Shown: piece by piece, positions 10,099 through 20,699 of the stretch
Layout of the letters: the number at the start of each line of letters is the position of its first letter
Numbering within the stretch: the stretch's first letter is position 1
Source: Nitrospirota bacterium
GTDB lineage: Bacteria; Nitrospirota; UBA9217
Assembly: GCA_963840455.1 (NCBI GenBank)
Contig: CAWIYV010000007.1
Span: 416,001-480,000, forward strand
DNA: 64,000 nt
Reading direction: 5' to 3'
The notes under the pieces: model-generated
What the model was told of the DNA's origin: nothing
Seen by the model: only the letters and a program-made list of their open reading frames with translations
Database searches by the model: none
Program-made: the position numbers and the translations under genes

Positions 10099-10147
10099 AG
10101 ACAGAAGACAGAAGACAGAAGACAGGAGTCAGAATTCAGGAGACAGG
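10099..10147 (+). repeat. Heptamer tandem tract, AGACAGR x7 (degenerate)
   Basis: AGACAGA AGACAGA AGACAGA AGACAGG AGTCAGA ATTCAGG AGACAGG. Confidence 0.85.
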
Positions 10148-10160
10148 AGAACGGAAAATT

Positions 10161-10541
10161 GTGAAAAAGATAATTAGAACCACTGACGCGCCGCAGGCCA
10201 TCGGGCCCTATTCCCAAGCAGTCGAGGCGAATGGGTTCGTATTCGTGTCAGGGCAGATCCCGCTCGACCCGAAGACCGGCTATCTCGCCCCAGGGGGCAT
10301 TCGGGAGCAGATGAAGCAGGTGATGGAGAACGGGAAGGCGATCCTCGCGGCCGCGGGATGCGGCATGGGCCAGGTGGTCAAGACGACGATCTATCTCAGG
10401 AACATCGGTGACTTCGCCGCGGTGAACGAGGTCTATGGCAGTTACTTCCCGGCAGAACCTCCCGCCCGGGCGACTGTCGAGGTCTCGCGGCTTCCCAAGG
10501 AATCAGAGGTCGAGATCGACCTCATCGCGGTGAAAGCATGA
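10161..10541 (+). CDS. ridA: RidA/YjgF reactive intermediate deaminase
   Basis: APQAIGPYSQA, SGQIP, PPARATVEV. Confidence 0.92.
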   Translation: MKKIIRTTDAPQAIGPYSQAVEANGFVFVSGQIPLDPKTGYLAPGGIREQMKQVMENGKAILAAAGCGMGQVVKTTIYLRNIGDFAAVNEVYGSYFPAEPPARATVEVSRLPKESEVEIDLIAVKA

Positions 10542-10677
10542 TCTCAGATCTGAAATTTGAGATTTGAGATGAAGGGCCTCTAAAGGACAGCGTTATCTAA
10601 ACTATACTACTCGAACTCCTGACAAGTCGAAGAAGTCGAAGAGAATTTTCAAAGAAGCCCTGAAACGATCCCGCCGC

Positions 10678-11460
10678 CTATTTCTTCTTGTGTTCATGGC
10701 TGTTGATGTGGTCCATGCAGTATCCCAAGCCTCCGCAGTCCGGGCAGTAGCGGAAATCCATGTCCGGGTGCGTCACATCGGTCTTCCCGCATGATGCGCA
10801 CCGGTGGAACGCCTCGCGCGTACCGGTCAACGCCTTTGCCTGCTCCGCCATCCTCTGCTTTCCCGTCCTCATCTTCCACCAGATGTCCCTGCCGAAGAAC
10901 AGGAAAAAATTGCCGATCGAGGCAACGATGAGCAGCCGCGTCGACCAATCGCCGGAAATGAATGAGATCCCGTACCCGACCCAGGCGAGGAGCGCGAGCC
11001 ATTTGACCTTCACCGGGAGGATGAAGAAAATATAGAATTGGAAATCGGGATAGAGCGCGGCGAAGGCAAGGAACACGGAACCGCCGATGAAAATATTGTT
11101 CGCTGACTGGTAGGGGGTCAGGAACGAGAACGCGACCGTGGCAATGTATCCGGTAAGCAGGAAAACATTGTACCGAAACGCGCCCCAGTGGCCTTCCAGC
11201 GCGCCGCCCATGAGGTAGAACACATAGAGGGCGAAAAAGATGAAGAACAGGCTCGCGCTCGGCGGAATAAAGGGGAAGGTGAGCAGCCGCCACCACTCTC
11301 CCGCGAGCACCCGTGCCGGTATCAGCAGGGCGCGGCCGATATCAAGCTTTCCCGAATAGGCGAAGAGATAGAGGAATGCCTGGCCGATAATGATGGCGGT
11401 CGTGACATTGGGGACGGCGTAGCGTCCGAACTTCCGTTCGAGCTTATCTAGGAATGCCAT
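10678..11460 (-). CDS. Rhomboid-like membrane protein with C-terminal Cys/His zinc motif
   Basis: GEWWRLLTFPF, several TM segments, HRCASC...YCPDC...YCMDH. Confidence 0.65.
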   Translation of the reverse strand: MAFLDKLERKFGRYAVPNVTTAIIIGQAFLYLFAYSGKLDIGRALLIPARVLAGEWWRLLTFPFIPPSASLFFIFFALYVFYLMGGALEGHWGAFRYNVFLLTGYIATVAFSFLTPYQSANNIFIGGSVFLAFAALYPDFQFYIFFILPVKVKWLALLAWVGYGISFISGDWSTRLLIVASIGNFFLFFGRDIWWKMRTGKQRMAEQAKALTGTREAFHRCASCGKTDVTHPDMDFRYCPDCGGLGYCMDHINSHEHKKK

Positions 11461-11485
11461 ACGTGCTCCAATAAAATAGATTTTA

Positions 11486-11574
11486 ACCGCGAAGGCGCCA
11501 AGGACGCGAAGGTCGAAGAGATCGCTTCGTGCTTATCTTAATGCTTTTCTTCGCGCTCTTCGCGTCTTTGCGGT
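11486..11574. repeat. Inverted pair of nonamer-period tracts overlapping the Smr gene 3' end
   Basis: ACCGCGAAGGCGCCAAGGACGCGAAG ... CTTCGCGCTCTTCGCGTCTTTGCGGT. Confidence 0.7.
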
Positions 11575-11864
11575 AAAGCATCTCCTGGGTTTTTCTTTAA
11601 GATGACGATCGTCGCTCCCCAGCCGCCCGCTTCTTCGCCCGCCAGCCGGAATGATGCCACCTCGGGCATACGCGAAAGCATCGCATGCACGGTCTCACGC
11701 AGCGCACCGATGCCTTTGCCATGGATGATGCGGACTTGGAGGATGCCTTTTTTGCGGCATTCGGTCAGATAATCAGGCACCAGGTCCTTCACATCTTCAG
11801 GCCGGAACGTGTGCAGGTCGAGTGTTCCGTCGACCGGCAGTTCGTGAGGGCTATCGTGGTCCAT
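11538..11864 (-). CDS. Smr/MutS2 C-terminal domain protein
   Basis: LDLHTF, VRIIHGKGIGALR, GGWGAT. Confidence 0.9.
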   Translation of the reverse strand: MDHDSPHELPVDGTLDLHTFRPEDVKDLVPDYLTECRKKGILQVRIIHGKGIGALRETVHAMLSRMPEVASFRLAGEEAGGWGATIVILKKNPGDALPQRREEREEKH

Positions 11865-11953
11865 GGGAAGCTCTTTTGCTGGCCGATGAAATTTGTTTCA
11901 TTGCGGCCGCTCGTGGATTCAAGATATTCCCAGTTGACCGGAAGATGCGATCC

Positions 11954-12349
11954 TCAGCGGGCCCACGCGTCATCGGAGCCCTTTTCCTGCAGGGCCGTGA
12001 AGATCATGTCCAGCACTTCCTGCTGTTTCGCCTCGAACTTGTTCAGCACGCCGAGGCAGCTCCCCATCGGGAACCGCTTGTGCAGATAGTCGGCGTCGCG
12101 TCCGGAAAAGATGATGATGCGGTTCCTGGCGATCCCCTTGCTGACAGCATAGGCCAGGACCTTGGCGCCGTCAAGCCCCGGCATCTCGAGGTCGATGAGC
12201 AGCAGGTCGAGGTCCGTGGTGATGGAGGCCAGGCAATGCACCGGATCATCGCAGGTCAGGACGGTGAGTCCCGGGAACCGGTGGCGGATGTGGTCCCGGA
12301 CAAGGTCCAGAAAGGAATCTTCGTCGTCGATGATCAGGACCTTTCCCAT
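11954..12349 (-). CDS. Single-domain response regulator
   Basis: KVLIIDDE, LIDLEMPGLDG. Confidence 0.85.
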   Translation of the reverse strand: MGKVLIIDDEDSFLDLVRDHIRHRFPGLTVLTCDDPVHCLASITTDLDLLLIDLEMPGLDGAKVLAYAVSKGIARNRIIIFSGRDADYLHKRFPMGSCLGVLNKFEAKQQEVLDMIFTALQEKGSDDAWAR

Positions 12350-12358
12350 GTACGCGTC

Positions 12359-13195
12359 TCACCCGTTGAGCGAACGGACGAACTGCTCGGCGGTCCGGCC
12401 GTTCCTGCCCCCGGATTCCAATGCCCACTGGATGGCCATTCGGTGCAGTTCACCGGCGTCCCTGGAGATGCCGTAGTGCCGCGCGTAGAGGTCGACGATC
12501 TCCAGATAGGTCCCTTCGGAGATGTGATAGAAGCCGAGGCGGATGCCGAACCGGTCGGCGAGCGAGACCTTCTCCTCCACCGTGTCGGAAGGCCGGATGT
12601 CGTCGCTGTCGTTGTCCGAGAACCGCGTCGGGACCAGGTGCTTCCGGTTCGAGGTCGCGTAGAACAGCAGGTTGTCCGGCATCTGCTCCAGCCCGCCGTC
12701 CATGACGGTCTTCATCTCCTGGTAGTCGGTCTGCTCCTCCTCGAAGGACAGGTCGTCTATGAAGATGATGAACCGGCGGGAGGAATGGGCGGCAATGAGG
12801 TCGTACAGCGCCTGGACCGTCAGGATGTCATGCTTGAGCACCTGCACCATCCGCAGGCCGGTCCCGGCGAACGCCGTGAGGAGCGACTTCACGAGCGAGG
12901 ACTTGCCGGTGCCGCGTTCGCCCCAGAGGAGAACATTGTTGGCCCTCGAGCCGGCGAGGAAACGCCGCGTATTGCCCAGTACCCGGTCCTTCTGGCCATC
13001 GATCCCGAGGAGCATTGCAGGGTCCAGCCGGACGGGCCTCTTGACGGGCAGGAGGCTCCTGCTTTTCCCTTCCCACTGGAACGCCTCATGGCCGGCGATA
13101 TCTGCTTCAGTGGGCCGATGGACGATATACTCGTCCAGAAGTCGGTCCAATTTGGAGAAAGCGCTCGTAATGGCGGGATGTTTGTCGAGGTCCAT
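12359..13195 (-). CDS. DUF815-family AAA+ ATPase
   Basis: NNVLLWGERGTGKSS, FIDDLSFE, YATSNRKHL, EEKVSLADRFG. Confidence 0.88.
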   Translation of the reverse strand: MDLDKHPAITSAFSKLDRLLDEYIVHRPTEADIAGHEAFQWEGKSRSLLPVKRPVRLDPAMLLGIDGQKDRVLGNTRRFLAGSRANNVLLWGERGTGKSSLVKSLLTAFAGTGLRMVQVLKHDILTVQALYDLIAAHSSRRFIIFIDDLSFEEEQTDYQEMKTVMDGGLEQMPDNLLFYATSNRKHLVPTRFSDNDSDDIRPSDTVEEKVSLADRFGIRLGFYHISEGTYLEIVDLYARHYGISRDAGELHRMAIQWALESGGRNGRTAEQFVRSLNG

Positions 13196-13207
13196 GTCAG
13201 TTCCCTG

Positions 13208-13873
13208 CTAGGCCAGAGCTTCGCTGTTGATCGTTCTGACCTGTGCTGCAGCGTCGAACACCGCGACGAGCCGTTCTCCGTTCACCAGCTCTGCGCTGAC
13301 GGTGTCTCCTGTTTCGGCCGCCGGGATCCCCCGGGCCCGGAAATAGGACAGCAGGGCGTTCCGGTGGTTGAAATCATAGCGCGATGCCAGATCGGCCAGT
13401 TGCCGGACAAGGCCCCGGCGGTCGAACACCAGCTGGTCGTCCAGGGCGATGCCGGACAGGAGCAGGAAGAGCGTGCCCCCCTCGTAGGGGTCCCGGTAGA
13501 AGCCGCTCGCCCTGCAGATCTCCGAGGCGATCAGCGAGAGCATGGTCCCGTCCGCCCGGTCGAGGTCAACGGCAGGGAGGGTGAGCTCCTGCACGCCTTC
13601 TTTCTCGCCCCAAGCCCTTAATTCACGCGCCGATAGGAGGAGATTGGGCGGGACTTCCGTCTGTTCCTCGGCCCACGCCCACAGCCAGGTGAGCGAATTT
13701 TCCGATTCGGTCCCGAGAACCTGGAACGGGAAGACGAGGCTGTCGCTGAATCGCGCCGTCCCCGCGTCGAGGTCTAAGTCTAGGATGTGCTCGCCTAGGA
13801 AAGAAACAAGGCGCGCCTGCTTTTCCAGTGATACAAGGGCGTATCGTTCAAAATATCGTTTCAGGTTGCTCAT
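13208..13873 (-). CDS. Conserved hypothetical protein (DUF6882-like)
   Basis: QVLGTES..TWLWAWA motif. Start moved to the ATG at 13873. Confidence 0.6.
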   Translation of the reverse strand: MSNLKRYFERYALVSLEKQARLVSFLGEHILDLDLDAGTARFSDSLVFPFQVLGTESENSLTWLWAWAEEQTEVPPNLLLSARELRAWGEKEGVQELTLPAVDLDRADGTMLSLIASEICRASGFYRDPYEGGTLFLLLSGIALDDQLVFDRRGLVRQLADLASRYDFNHRNALLSYFRARGIPAAETGDTVSAELVNGERLVAVFDAAAQVRTINSEALA

Positions 13874-13995
13874 GGTGTTCGACCGCACAGGCAGGACGTA
13901 CGCGAATGGGACACTATAGCCATATTTCCGGGAATTTGCAAGTTCGGGGGATGACTGAGGGCCGGCCACGGGAGTGCCGGGGCCAGGGGACATGA

Positions 13996-14925
13996 TCAGG
14001 CGGATTCCGAGCGGTTCCTGCCGTTCTTCTTCGCGCTGTACATGGCTAGGTCGGCGGCGTGGAGCATCTTGTCCCGACTGTCAATGTCGGGGTCGGGTAT
14101 GCCGGCGACGCCGATACTGACAGTGATCTTCTTGCCCGGCATGCCGGTAAAGGAGTGGTTGGCGATCGCCTTCCGCACCCGTTCCGCTGCTCGCAGGCCG
14201 TTCTCTCTGGTCGTGTTCGGGCTCAGGATCACGAACTCCTCGCCGCCCCATCGGGCGGGGGTGTCCACTTCGCGGATGGTTGATTGGATCACCTGGGCAA
14301 GCTCCCTGAGCACTATGTCGCCGTCTTGGTGGCCGAGAGTATCGTTGACCGTTTTGAAGTGGTCGATGTCGATCATGAGCAGGCTCAGGGGAAGCTGGTA
14401 CCGCGAGGCCCGTTTGAACTCGTTCGAGAAGATGGTCTCGAAGCGCCTCCGGTTGTACAAGCCGGTCAGCTGGTCCATGATCGCCAGGCTCTCGACGCGG
14501 GTGAGCATGTCCTCGAGCTGGCGGTTCTTCTGTTTAAGCTCGTCCTGATTGGTCTTGGCCCGCAGGCGCACATAGATGCGCGCGTTGAGCTCGGCCTCGT
14601 CGAAGGGTTTGGGAAGATAGTCGTCGGCGCCGGCCTCGAGGCCGGAAACCTTGTCGGACATCTCACCCTTGGCGGTCAACATGATGACGGGGATGTCGCG
14701 GGTGGCGTGGTCGAGCTTGAGCCAGCGGCAGACGTCACTGCCGTCGATGTCGGGCAGGATGCGGTCGAGCAGAATGATGTCGGCGTTGACGGTCTTGGCG
14801 GCCTTGAATGCAGACATGCCGTCCTCGACGGTGGAAACGCGGTATCCGTTCCGTTCCAGGTAGTCCTTGATGATCGAGGCCTGAGCCTTATTGTCCTCGA
14901 CCAGTAGTATATGCGCTTTTGACAT
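13996..14925 (-). CDS. REC-GGDEF diguanylate cyclase
   Basis: REC domain plus DQLTGLYNRR, DIDHFK, RxxD I-site (REVD) and RWGGEEF. Confidence 0.92.
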   Translation of the reverse strand: MSKAHILLVEDNKAQASIIKDYLERNGYRVSTVEDGMSAFKAAKTVNADIILLDRILPDIDGSDVCRWLKLDHATRDIPVIMLTAKGEMSDKVSGLEAGADDYLPKPFDEAELNARIYVRLRAKTNQDELKQKNRQLEDMLTRVESLAIMDQLTGLYNRRRFETIFSNEFKRASRYQLPLSLLMIDIDHFKTVNDTLGHQDGDIVLRELAQVIQSTIREVDTPARWGGEEFVILSPNTTRENGLRAAERVRKAIANHSFTGMPGKKITVSIGVAGIPDPDIDSRDKMLHAADLAMYSAKKNGRNRSESA

Positions 14926-15269
14926 GCTGCAGCAGTCCCCCCGTTGGCCGATCACCTATGCTCACAGCTCGGTCGATGTGTCACGAATTATGTCATATTG
15001 AGGAAAAAAAAACAAGATGAATCAGTGAAGGCAAAAAAAACGGTGGACAAAGAAATGCCAGTATAAATAGTGTCTTTGTTATCTTTTCTCCGTGAACTCA
15101 GGGACCTCTGTGGCAAAGCATTTAATGCTCTCGTGAGCAACTGCAAGTGAAATTTTCTGTCGTGCCTTTGTCCGGCTTTTCTCGCTCCCTTGCGGTGCAA
15201 GGTCTTCAGTCTGCGTGTTGTCAAGATCGTCCGAGACGTCAGATGGCAGGGCTAAAAGGGGAGGGCACG

Positions 15270-18200
15270 TCAGTTCAGGGATACCGACCCGTCACCCAGG
15301 AGGATTTCGATCTCACTGATGAGCTGGTCCGAGGGGGTAACGCGGATATCCCTCCCCACGGAGATGAGGGAGTCCTTGCGGGAGGGGTTCTGGAGGCGGA
15401 GGAAGACGGGGATGTCGCCCTTGTAGCGGAGCAGGATGTCCTTGACCTTCAGGAGGTCGTCCTGGGTGAGGCCAGTGGCGCTCAGGCGGATGTCCATCCG
15501 GGTGGTTCCCCGTTTCTTCACATCGGCGAGGAGATGGAGCCTCGTGGCCTTGATCTTGTTGCCCTGTTCGCTCTTGTCGAACAGCCCTGCCACGATGAGC
15601 GGCGTGTCGGTCAGGAGCATATGGCTTGCCGTCGCGTAGAGGTCGGGAAAGACGATGACCTCCACGGTCCCGGTCAGGTCCTCGAGGTTGATGATTGCCA
15701 TCTTGTCGCCCCGCTTCGTGACCTTCTGTTTCAGGCCCGCGATGATGCCGCAGATGGAGATCTCCTTGCCATCGGGGACGCCTTCCAGCGTCTCCGTGGT
15801 GTGCGAGGCATAGCGCTTCATGTCCGCCTGGAATGCCGCGAGGGGGTGGCCGGTGATGTAGAACCCGACGCTTTCCTTCTCGAATGCCAGGAGCTGGCTC
15901 TCCTTCCACTCCGGGACATTCGGCAGGTCCGGGTCCTTCTTCTCGTCCATGGCGTCAAAGATGCTGGACTGGCCGATGGCCTCCTGCTCCTGGTGACGGG
16001 AGGCCTGGTCCATCAGCATGTCGATGGCTTCCATCATCTGGGCCCGCCGCGCGCCGGTCCCGTCGAAGGCGCCGCACTTGATGAGCGCCTCGATGACGCG
16101 GCGGTTCACCCTGCGTTGATCGACCTTCCGGCAGAAATCGGCCAGAGACGTGAATGATCCTTTGGCCTCCCGGGCCTCGATCATGGCCTCGATGGCCGAG
16201 AGACCGACGTTCTTCACCGCGGCAAGGCCGAACCTGACCGAGCCAATGGTGCTGCCCGGCTCGACGGTGTCGCGTTCGTGGGCCTCGACGACCGTGAAGT
16301 CCCAGCGGCTCTCGTTCACGTCCGGCGGCAGGATGGTGATCCCCATCTGGCGCGCCTCGTAGATGTACTTCACCACCTTGTCCGTGTCCTGGACCTCGCT
16401 CGTGAGCAGAGCGGCCATGTACTCCACGGGGTAGTGGGTCTTGAGGTATGCCGTTTGGTACGAAATGAGGGCGTAGGCCGCGCTGTGGGACTTGTTGAAG
16501 CCGTACTCGGCGAACTTGGCCATGAGGTCGAAGATCGCCTCGGCCTTCTTCGGATCGATGCCCTGCTTCTTCGCTCCCTCGATGAACGGCACCTTCTCCT
16601 TCTTCATGACCTCCGGGTCCTTCTTGCCCATGGCCCGGCGCAGCAGGTCCGCGCCGCCGAGGGAATAACCCGCGAGTGTCCTGGCTATCTGCATCACCTG
16701 TTCCTGATAGACGATGACGCCATAGGTGTCCTTCAGGATCGGCTCGAGCTGCGGGAGGTCATAGACGATCCTGGTCGAGCCCTTCTTGCGCTTGATGAAG
16801 TCGTCCACCATGCCGCTGTTCAGCGGGCCGGGGCGGTAGAGCGCGAGCAGGGCGATGATGTCCTCGAAGCACTGGGGCTTCATCTTGAGGACCAGGTCCC
16901 GCATGCCCGACGATTCAAGCTGGAAGATGCCGGCCGTGTCGCCTCGGCCGAGATAGTCGTAGGTCTTCTGATCGTCGAGGGGCAAGCGGCTGACGGAGAA
17001 GGGCTCCTGTCGGGCGAGAGGGGCCTTCTGGCGCCGCAGGTCGATAAGCTCCTCCGCCTTCCGGATGACCGTGAGATTGCGGAGGCCCAGAAAGTCGAAC
17101 TTCACGAGGCCGATCTTCTCGACGCCCTTCATGTCGAACTGCGTCATGACCTCGTCCTTGGCGGTCTTGTAGAGCGGCAGGTATTCGGTGAGCGGCTCCT
17201 GGGAGATGACCACGCCGGCAGCATGCTTGGACGCATGGCGCACCTGGCCCTCGAGGTGCAGGGCGATCTCCATGAGCTCGGCCATGCGTGGGTCCTTTTT
17301 CGCGGCCTCCTTCAGCTTCGGCTCCTGTTCCATGGCCTTCTGGAGCGAGATGTTCAGTACGTTCGGCACCAGTTTGGCGACCCTGTCCACCTCGGCGTAG
17401 GGGATGTCGAGCACCCGGCCCACGTCGCGGATCACACCCTTGGCCATCATGGTCCCGTAGGTGATGATCTGGGTCACATGGTCCGGCCCGTACTTCTCGG
17501 TGACGTATTTGATGACCTCGTCGCGCCGGTCCTGACAGAAGTCCACGTCGATGTCCGGCATGCTGATGCGCTCGGGGTTCAGGAACCGCTCGAACAGGAG
17601 GTTGTAGGGGATAGGATCGAGGTCGGTGATCCGGAGGCTGTAGGCGACCAGGCTCCCGGCGGCGGAGCCGCGGCCCGGGCCGACCGGGATGCCGTGCTCC
17701 CGGGCGTAGCGGATGAAGTCCCAGACGATCAGCAGATAGCCGGGGAAGCCCATCCGTTCGATCATCTGGATCTCGGCCTCGAGCCGCTGTTGGTAGGCCT
17801 CGCGGTCGATGCTGCCGGGCCCGCGCACGGCCTCGATCTCGGCAAACCGTTCGTGGAGGCCCGTGCGGGCAAGCTCAGCCATGTAGGTCTCGCGTGTGTA
17901 GCCTTCAGGGACCGGGAAGTTGGGGAGGTGGTACTTGCCCAGCTCCAGGTCGATGCTGCACCGCTCGGCGATCCGAATGGTGTTCGTGATGGCCTCGGGG
18001 ACATGGGAGAAGGCCTTCTTCATCTCCTCGGGCGTCTTCATGTAAAAGGTCTCGGAAGAGAACTTGAGCCGCTTCTCGTCTTTCACCAGCTTGCCCTGGT
18101 TGATGCAGAGCAGGGCGTCGTGGGATTTGTGGTCCTCCATATTCAGGTAGTGACAGTCATTCGTGGCAACGAGGGGCAGGCCGGTCTCCTGGCCCAGGCG

Positions 18201-18794
18201 GATGAGCTCGCGGTTCACCTGCTCCTGCTCGGGGATGCCGTTGTCCTGGAGCTCGAGGTAGAAGTTGTCCTTGCCCAGGATGTCCTGGTACTCAAGGGCC
18301 GCCTTCTTCGCGTCGTCGTACCGTCTGGCGTTCAGGAGGCGGGGGACTTCGCCGCCCAGACAGGCGGACAGGCCGATGAGGCCGTCATGGTGCTTCCGGA
18401 GCAGCTCCTTGTCGATGCGCGGCTTGTAGTAGAACCCTTCCAGGTAGGCGGCCGTGACCAGCTTCACGAGGTTCTTGTAGCCCTTGTTGTTCCGGGCCAG
18501 GAGGATGAGGTGGAAGGCGTAGGTGTCCTCGTCCTGCGAGCCAGTGGCAATGGACTTCTCGAACCGCGAGCCCGGGGCCACGTAGGTCTCGCAGCCGATG
18601 ATGGGCTTGATCCCACCCTTGAGCGCCTTCTGGTAGAAGTCGAGGACCGAGAAGAGGTTGCCGTGGTCCGTGACCGCAACCGCCGGCATCTTAAGCTCAA
18701 CAGCCTTCTTGATGAGGTTGTCAATGCTGATGGCGCCGTCAAGCAGGCTATATTCGGTGTGGAGATGAAGGTGGACGAAATCGGCGTGATGCAT
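15270..18794 (-). CDS. dnaE: DNA polymerase III alpha subunit
   Basis: HLHLHTEYSLLDG, GPGRGSAAGS, PDIDVDF, FNKSHS, clamp motif QSSIF. Start at ATG 18794. Confidence 0.97.
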   Translation of the reverse strand: MHHADFVHLHLHTEYSLLDGAISIDNLIKKAVELKMPAVAVTDHGNLFSVLDFYQKALKGGIKPIIGCETYVAPGSRFEKSIATGSQDEDTYAFHLILLARNNKGYKNLVKLVTAAYLEGFYYKPRIDKELLRKHHDGLIGLSACLGGEVPRLLNARRYDDAKKAALEYQDILGKDNFYLELQDNGIPEQEQVNRELIRLGQETGLPLVATNDCHYLNMEDHKSHDALLCINQGKLVKDEKRLKFSSETFYMKTPEEMKKAFSHVPEAITNTIRIAERCSIDLELGKYHLPNFPVPEGYTRETYMAELARTGLHERFAEIEAVRGPGSIDREAYQQRLEAEIQMIERMGFPGYLLIVWDFIRYAREHGIPVGPGRGSAAGSLVAYSLRITDLDPIPYNLLFERFLNPERISMPDIDVDFCQDRRDEVIKYVTEKYGPDHVTQIITYGTMMAKGVIRDVGRVLDIPYAEVDRVAKLVPNVLNISLQKAMEQEPKLKEAAKKDPRMAELMEIALHLEGQVRHASKHAAGVVISQEPLTEYLPLYKTAKDEVMTQFDMKGVEKIGLVKFDFLGLRNLTVIRKAEELIDLRRQKAPLARQEPFSVSRLPLDDQKTYDYLGRGDTAGIFQLESSGMRDLVLKMKPQCFEDIIALLALYRPGPLNSGMVDDFIKRKKGSTRIVYDLPQLEPILKDTYGVIVYQEQVMQIARTLAGYSLGGADLLRRAMGKKDPEVMKKEKVPFIEGAKKQGIDPKKAEAIFDLMAKFAEYGFNKSHSAAYALISYQTAYLKTHYPVEYMAALLTSEVQDTDKVVKYIYEARQMGITILPPDVNESRWDFTVVEAHERDTVEPGSTIGSVRFGLAAVKNVGLSAIEAMIEAREAKGSFTSLADFCRKVDQRRVNRRVIEALIKCGAFDGTGARRAQMMEAIDMLMDQASRHQEQEAIGQSSIFDAMDEKKDPDLPNVPEWKESQLLAFEKESVGFYITGHPLAAFQADMKRYASHTTETLEGVPDGKEISICGIIAGLKQKVTKRGDKMAIINLEDLTGTVEVIVFPDLYATASHMLLTDTPLIVAGLFDKSEQGNKIKATRLHLLADVKKRGTTRMDIRLSATGLTQDDLLKVKDILLRYKGDIPVFLRLQNPSRKDSLISVGRDIRVTPSDQLISEIEILLGDGSVSLN

Positions 18795-18889
18795 AGAGAT
18801 CCAGATAACAAGATTACCACGGAGGCACGGAGACACAGAGAACTGCAAGGACCGCGGAATGTCAAGACTCGTGGTTCAAGGATGAGAAT

Positions 18890-18965
18890 TGGAGGCGGCG
18901 ATCGGATTTGAACCGATGAATGAAGGTTTTGCAGACCTCTGCCTTAGCCACTTGGCTACGCCGCC
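18890..18965 (-). tRNA. tRNA-Cys(GCA)
   Basis: GGCGGCGTAGCCAAGTGGCTAAGGCAGAGGTCTGCAAAACCTTCATTCATCGGTTCAAATCCGATCGCCGCCTCCA. Confidence 0.95.
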
Positions 18966-19288
18966 CTGGAAAAGAACGCTGCAAAATCGCGGGGATGCAT
19001 TTCTCCGCGAACGCTGCACAGGCAATAAAATACGAGAAACGGAGGGGTAAGTCAAGCGCAAAAAGGAACGGTATGAACACGGCTGATGTGTTTGTGACAG
19101 CCGACAGGCGGGTCTTGGATGGTGATCTTCTCTGCAGACAACCCATCGCCTACGGTATGGGCGGCTAATCTGCCCATTGCAAGAACTACCTATTCCGGCG
19201 AAGATTGTGATCGTTTGACGCTGGCGCCTTGCACTCGGGCGGAGCTGACTGCGCTAGCCGCGGCGTGCGATGTCCGGAGTTCGGTGTC

Positions 19289-20407
19289 CTATACGTCGCC
19301 GGGCATGGTCAAGGTGCTGTCGTAGCCGGTGATCCGGTTCTTCCCAGTTGCCTTGGACCGGTAGAGAGCAAGGTCCGCTTCGCGGATCAGGTCGGGGATG
19401 GTCTTCGGGGAGCCCTTCAGCATGGTCGAGACACCGATGCTCACGGTGATGACCTCAAAGGGGTGCGCGGTCTTGAGGGTGAAGGGATACGTTTCGATCG
19501 AGCTCCGCACCCGTTCCGCGACCGCCAGTGCTTCGCCCATGCCGGTCTCGGCCAGCAGAAGAGAGAATTCCTCCCCGCCGTAACGGAAGCAGACGTCTGT
19601 GCTTCCGGTCCTGCATGCCTCGCGAAGAAGGGGACCCAGCTGCGCGAGCACCCGGCTGCCTTCCAGGTGGCCGTAGCGGTCATTGACCCGCTTGAAGTTG
19701 TCGATATCCACCATGATGAAGGACAGGTCCCTGCCGGTGCGCACCTGTCTGCCGAATTCCTCTTCAAGCTTCTCCAGCAGCACCCGGTAGTTGAGCAGGC
19801 CGGTGAGCTCGTCGGTCCGAGCGATTTCGAGCGTTTTTTTGAAGAGCTCCGCCTTGTCGATACCGGCGGAGATCGTGTGGGACAGGGTCCGCAGAAGGTC
19901 GAAGTCCTCTACGCGGAACGCGGAGGGCTTGCTGCGGCTGAAGCCCATGACCCCTACGATGCGGTTATCGTTCTTGAGCGGTATGCCGATATAGCTGCCG
20001 TGCTTTTGCGTTTCATCAGGGTGATGCAGAAAGGCCTCATACAGCGCGGCATTGTCCAGAAAGAGCGGCTCGCCGTTGGCCGCGATCGCACCAGGCGCAC
20101 CGTTGTCGAAATAGATGGGTTCGGACATCTTTCCCTGCAGCAGGGGGCTTCGCAAATAGATCGGCATCAGGCCGGTAAGGTCCTTCTTGACGACATAGAC
20201 CGAGGCGTCGTCAAAGCTGACCGCCCTGCTGATGGTGGCTATGATCTTCTGGATGAGTTCCGCAGGTTCCAGTTCCGAAGCGATGATCCTGCCGACCTCG
20301 CTGAAGAGGTGGGTTTCGGTCATCTTGTTGTAGAAAAGAGGCTTGTAATCGCGCACCGGATGGGTCAAAACGCTCTTTTTCCTTTCGCCGGTCTTCAGTT
20401 CCACCAT
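19289..20407 (-). CDS. GAF-GGDEF diguanylate cyclase
   Basis: GAF domain, then DELTGLLN, DIDNFK, RYGGEEF. Confidence 0.9.
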   Translation of the reverse strand: MVELKTGERKKSVLTHPVRDYKPLFYNKMTETHLFSEVGRIIASELEPAELIQKIIATISRAVSFDDASVYVVKKDLTGLMPIYLRSPLLQGKMSEPIYFDNGAPGAIAANGEPLFLDNAALYEAFLHHPDETQKHGSYIGIPLKNDNRIVGVMGFSRSKPSAFRVEDFDLLRTLSHTISAGIDKAELFKKTLEIARTDELTGLLNYRVLLEKLEEEFGRQVRTGRDLSFIMVDIDNFKRVNDRYGHLEGSRVLAQLGPLLREACRTGSTDVCFRYGGEEFSLLLAETGMGEALAVAERVRSSIETYPFTLKTAHPFEVITVSIGVSTMLKGSPKTIPDLIREADLALYRSKATGKNRITGYDSTLTMPGDV

Positions 20408-20699
20408 GGTCCTGCTCCTTGAGAAAGCTCTTTCACATAATATACCACTAAATTATAGTAATAACAAGTTAAATTTGTCATTTCTGCCTGTTTACAGATA
20501 GTTGCAATACAGATAAGACAGCAATTGGTTGCAGATTGGATAGGCAGGGTGCAATACGTGACATCATTATTTTATCGCCATGCATCATGATTGCCCTTTA
20601 TATTTCAAACTGTTATAATAAATTAGTGGACAACAAAGACGTCTATGCGGACATTTCATGCACACGGTCATCTAAACCACAGCGCCTTATGATACCCCT

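Noticed and set aside
7752-10217. 821-aa minus-strand ORF
   Set aside because: Antisense shadow of relA/spoT caused by high-GC codon bias; no motifs.
15270-18794. Intein in dnaE
   Set aside because: Normal length (~1175 aa) and no intein motifs seen.
19080-19288. Riboswitch or ncRNA downstream of the GAF-GGDEF gene
   Set aside because: No c-di-GMP or other riboswitch consensus recognised.
11822-20422. Long plus-strand ORFs (599, 336, 877 and 397 aa)
   Set aside because: Antisense to well-supported minus-strand genes such as DUF815, dnaE and the GGDEF protein.
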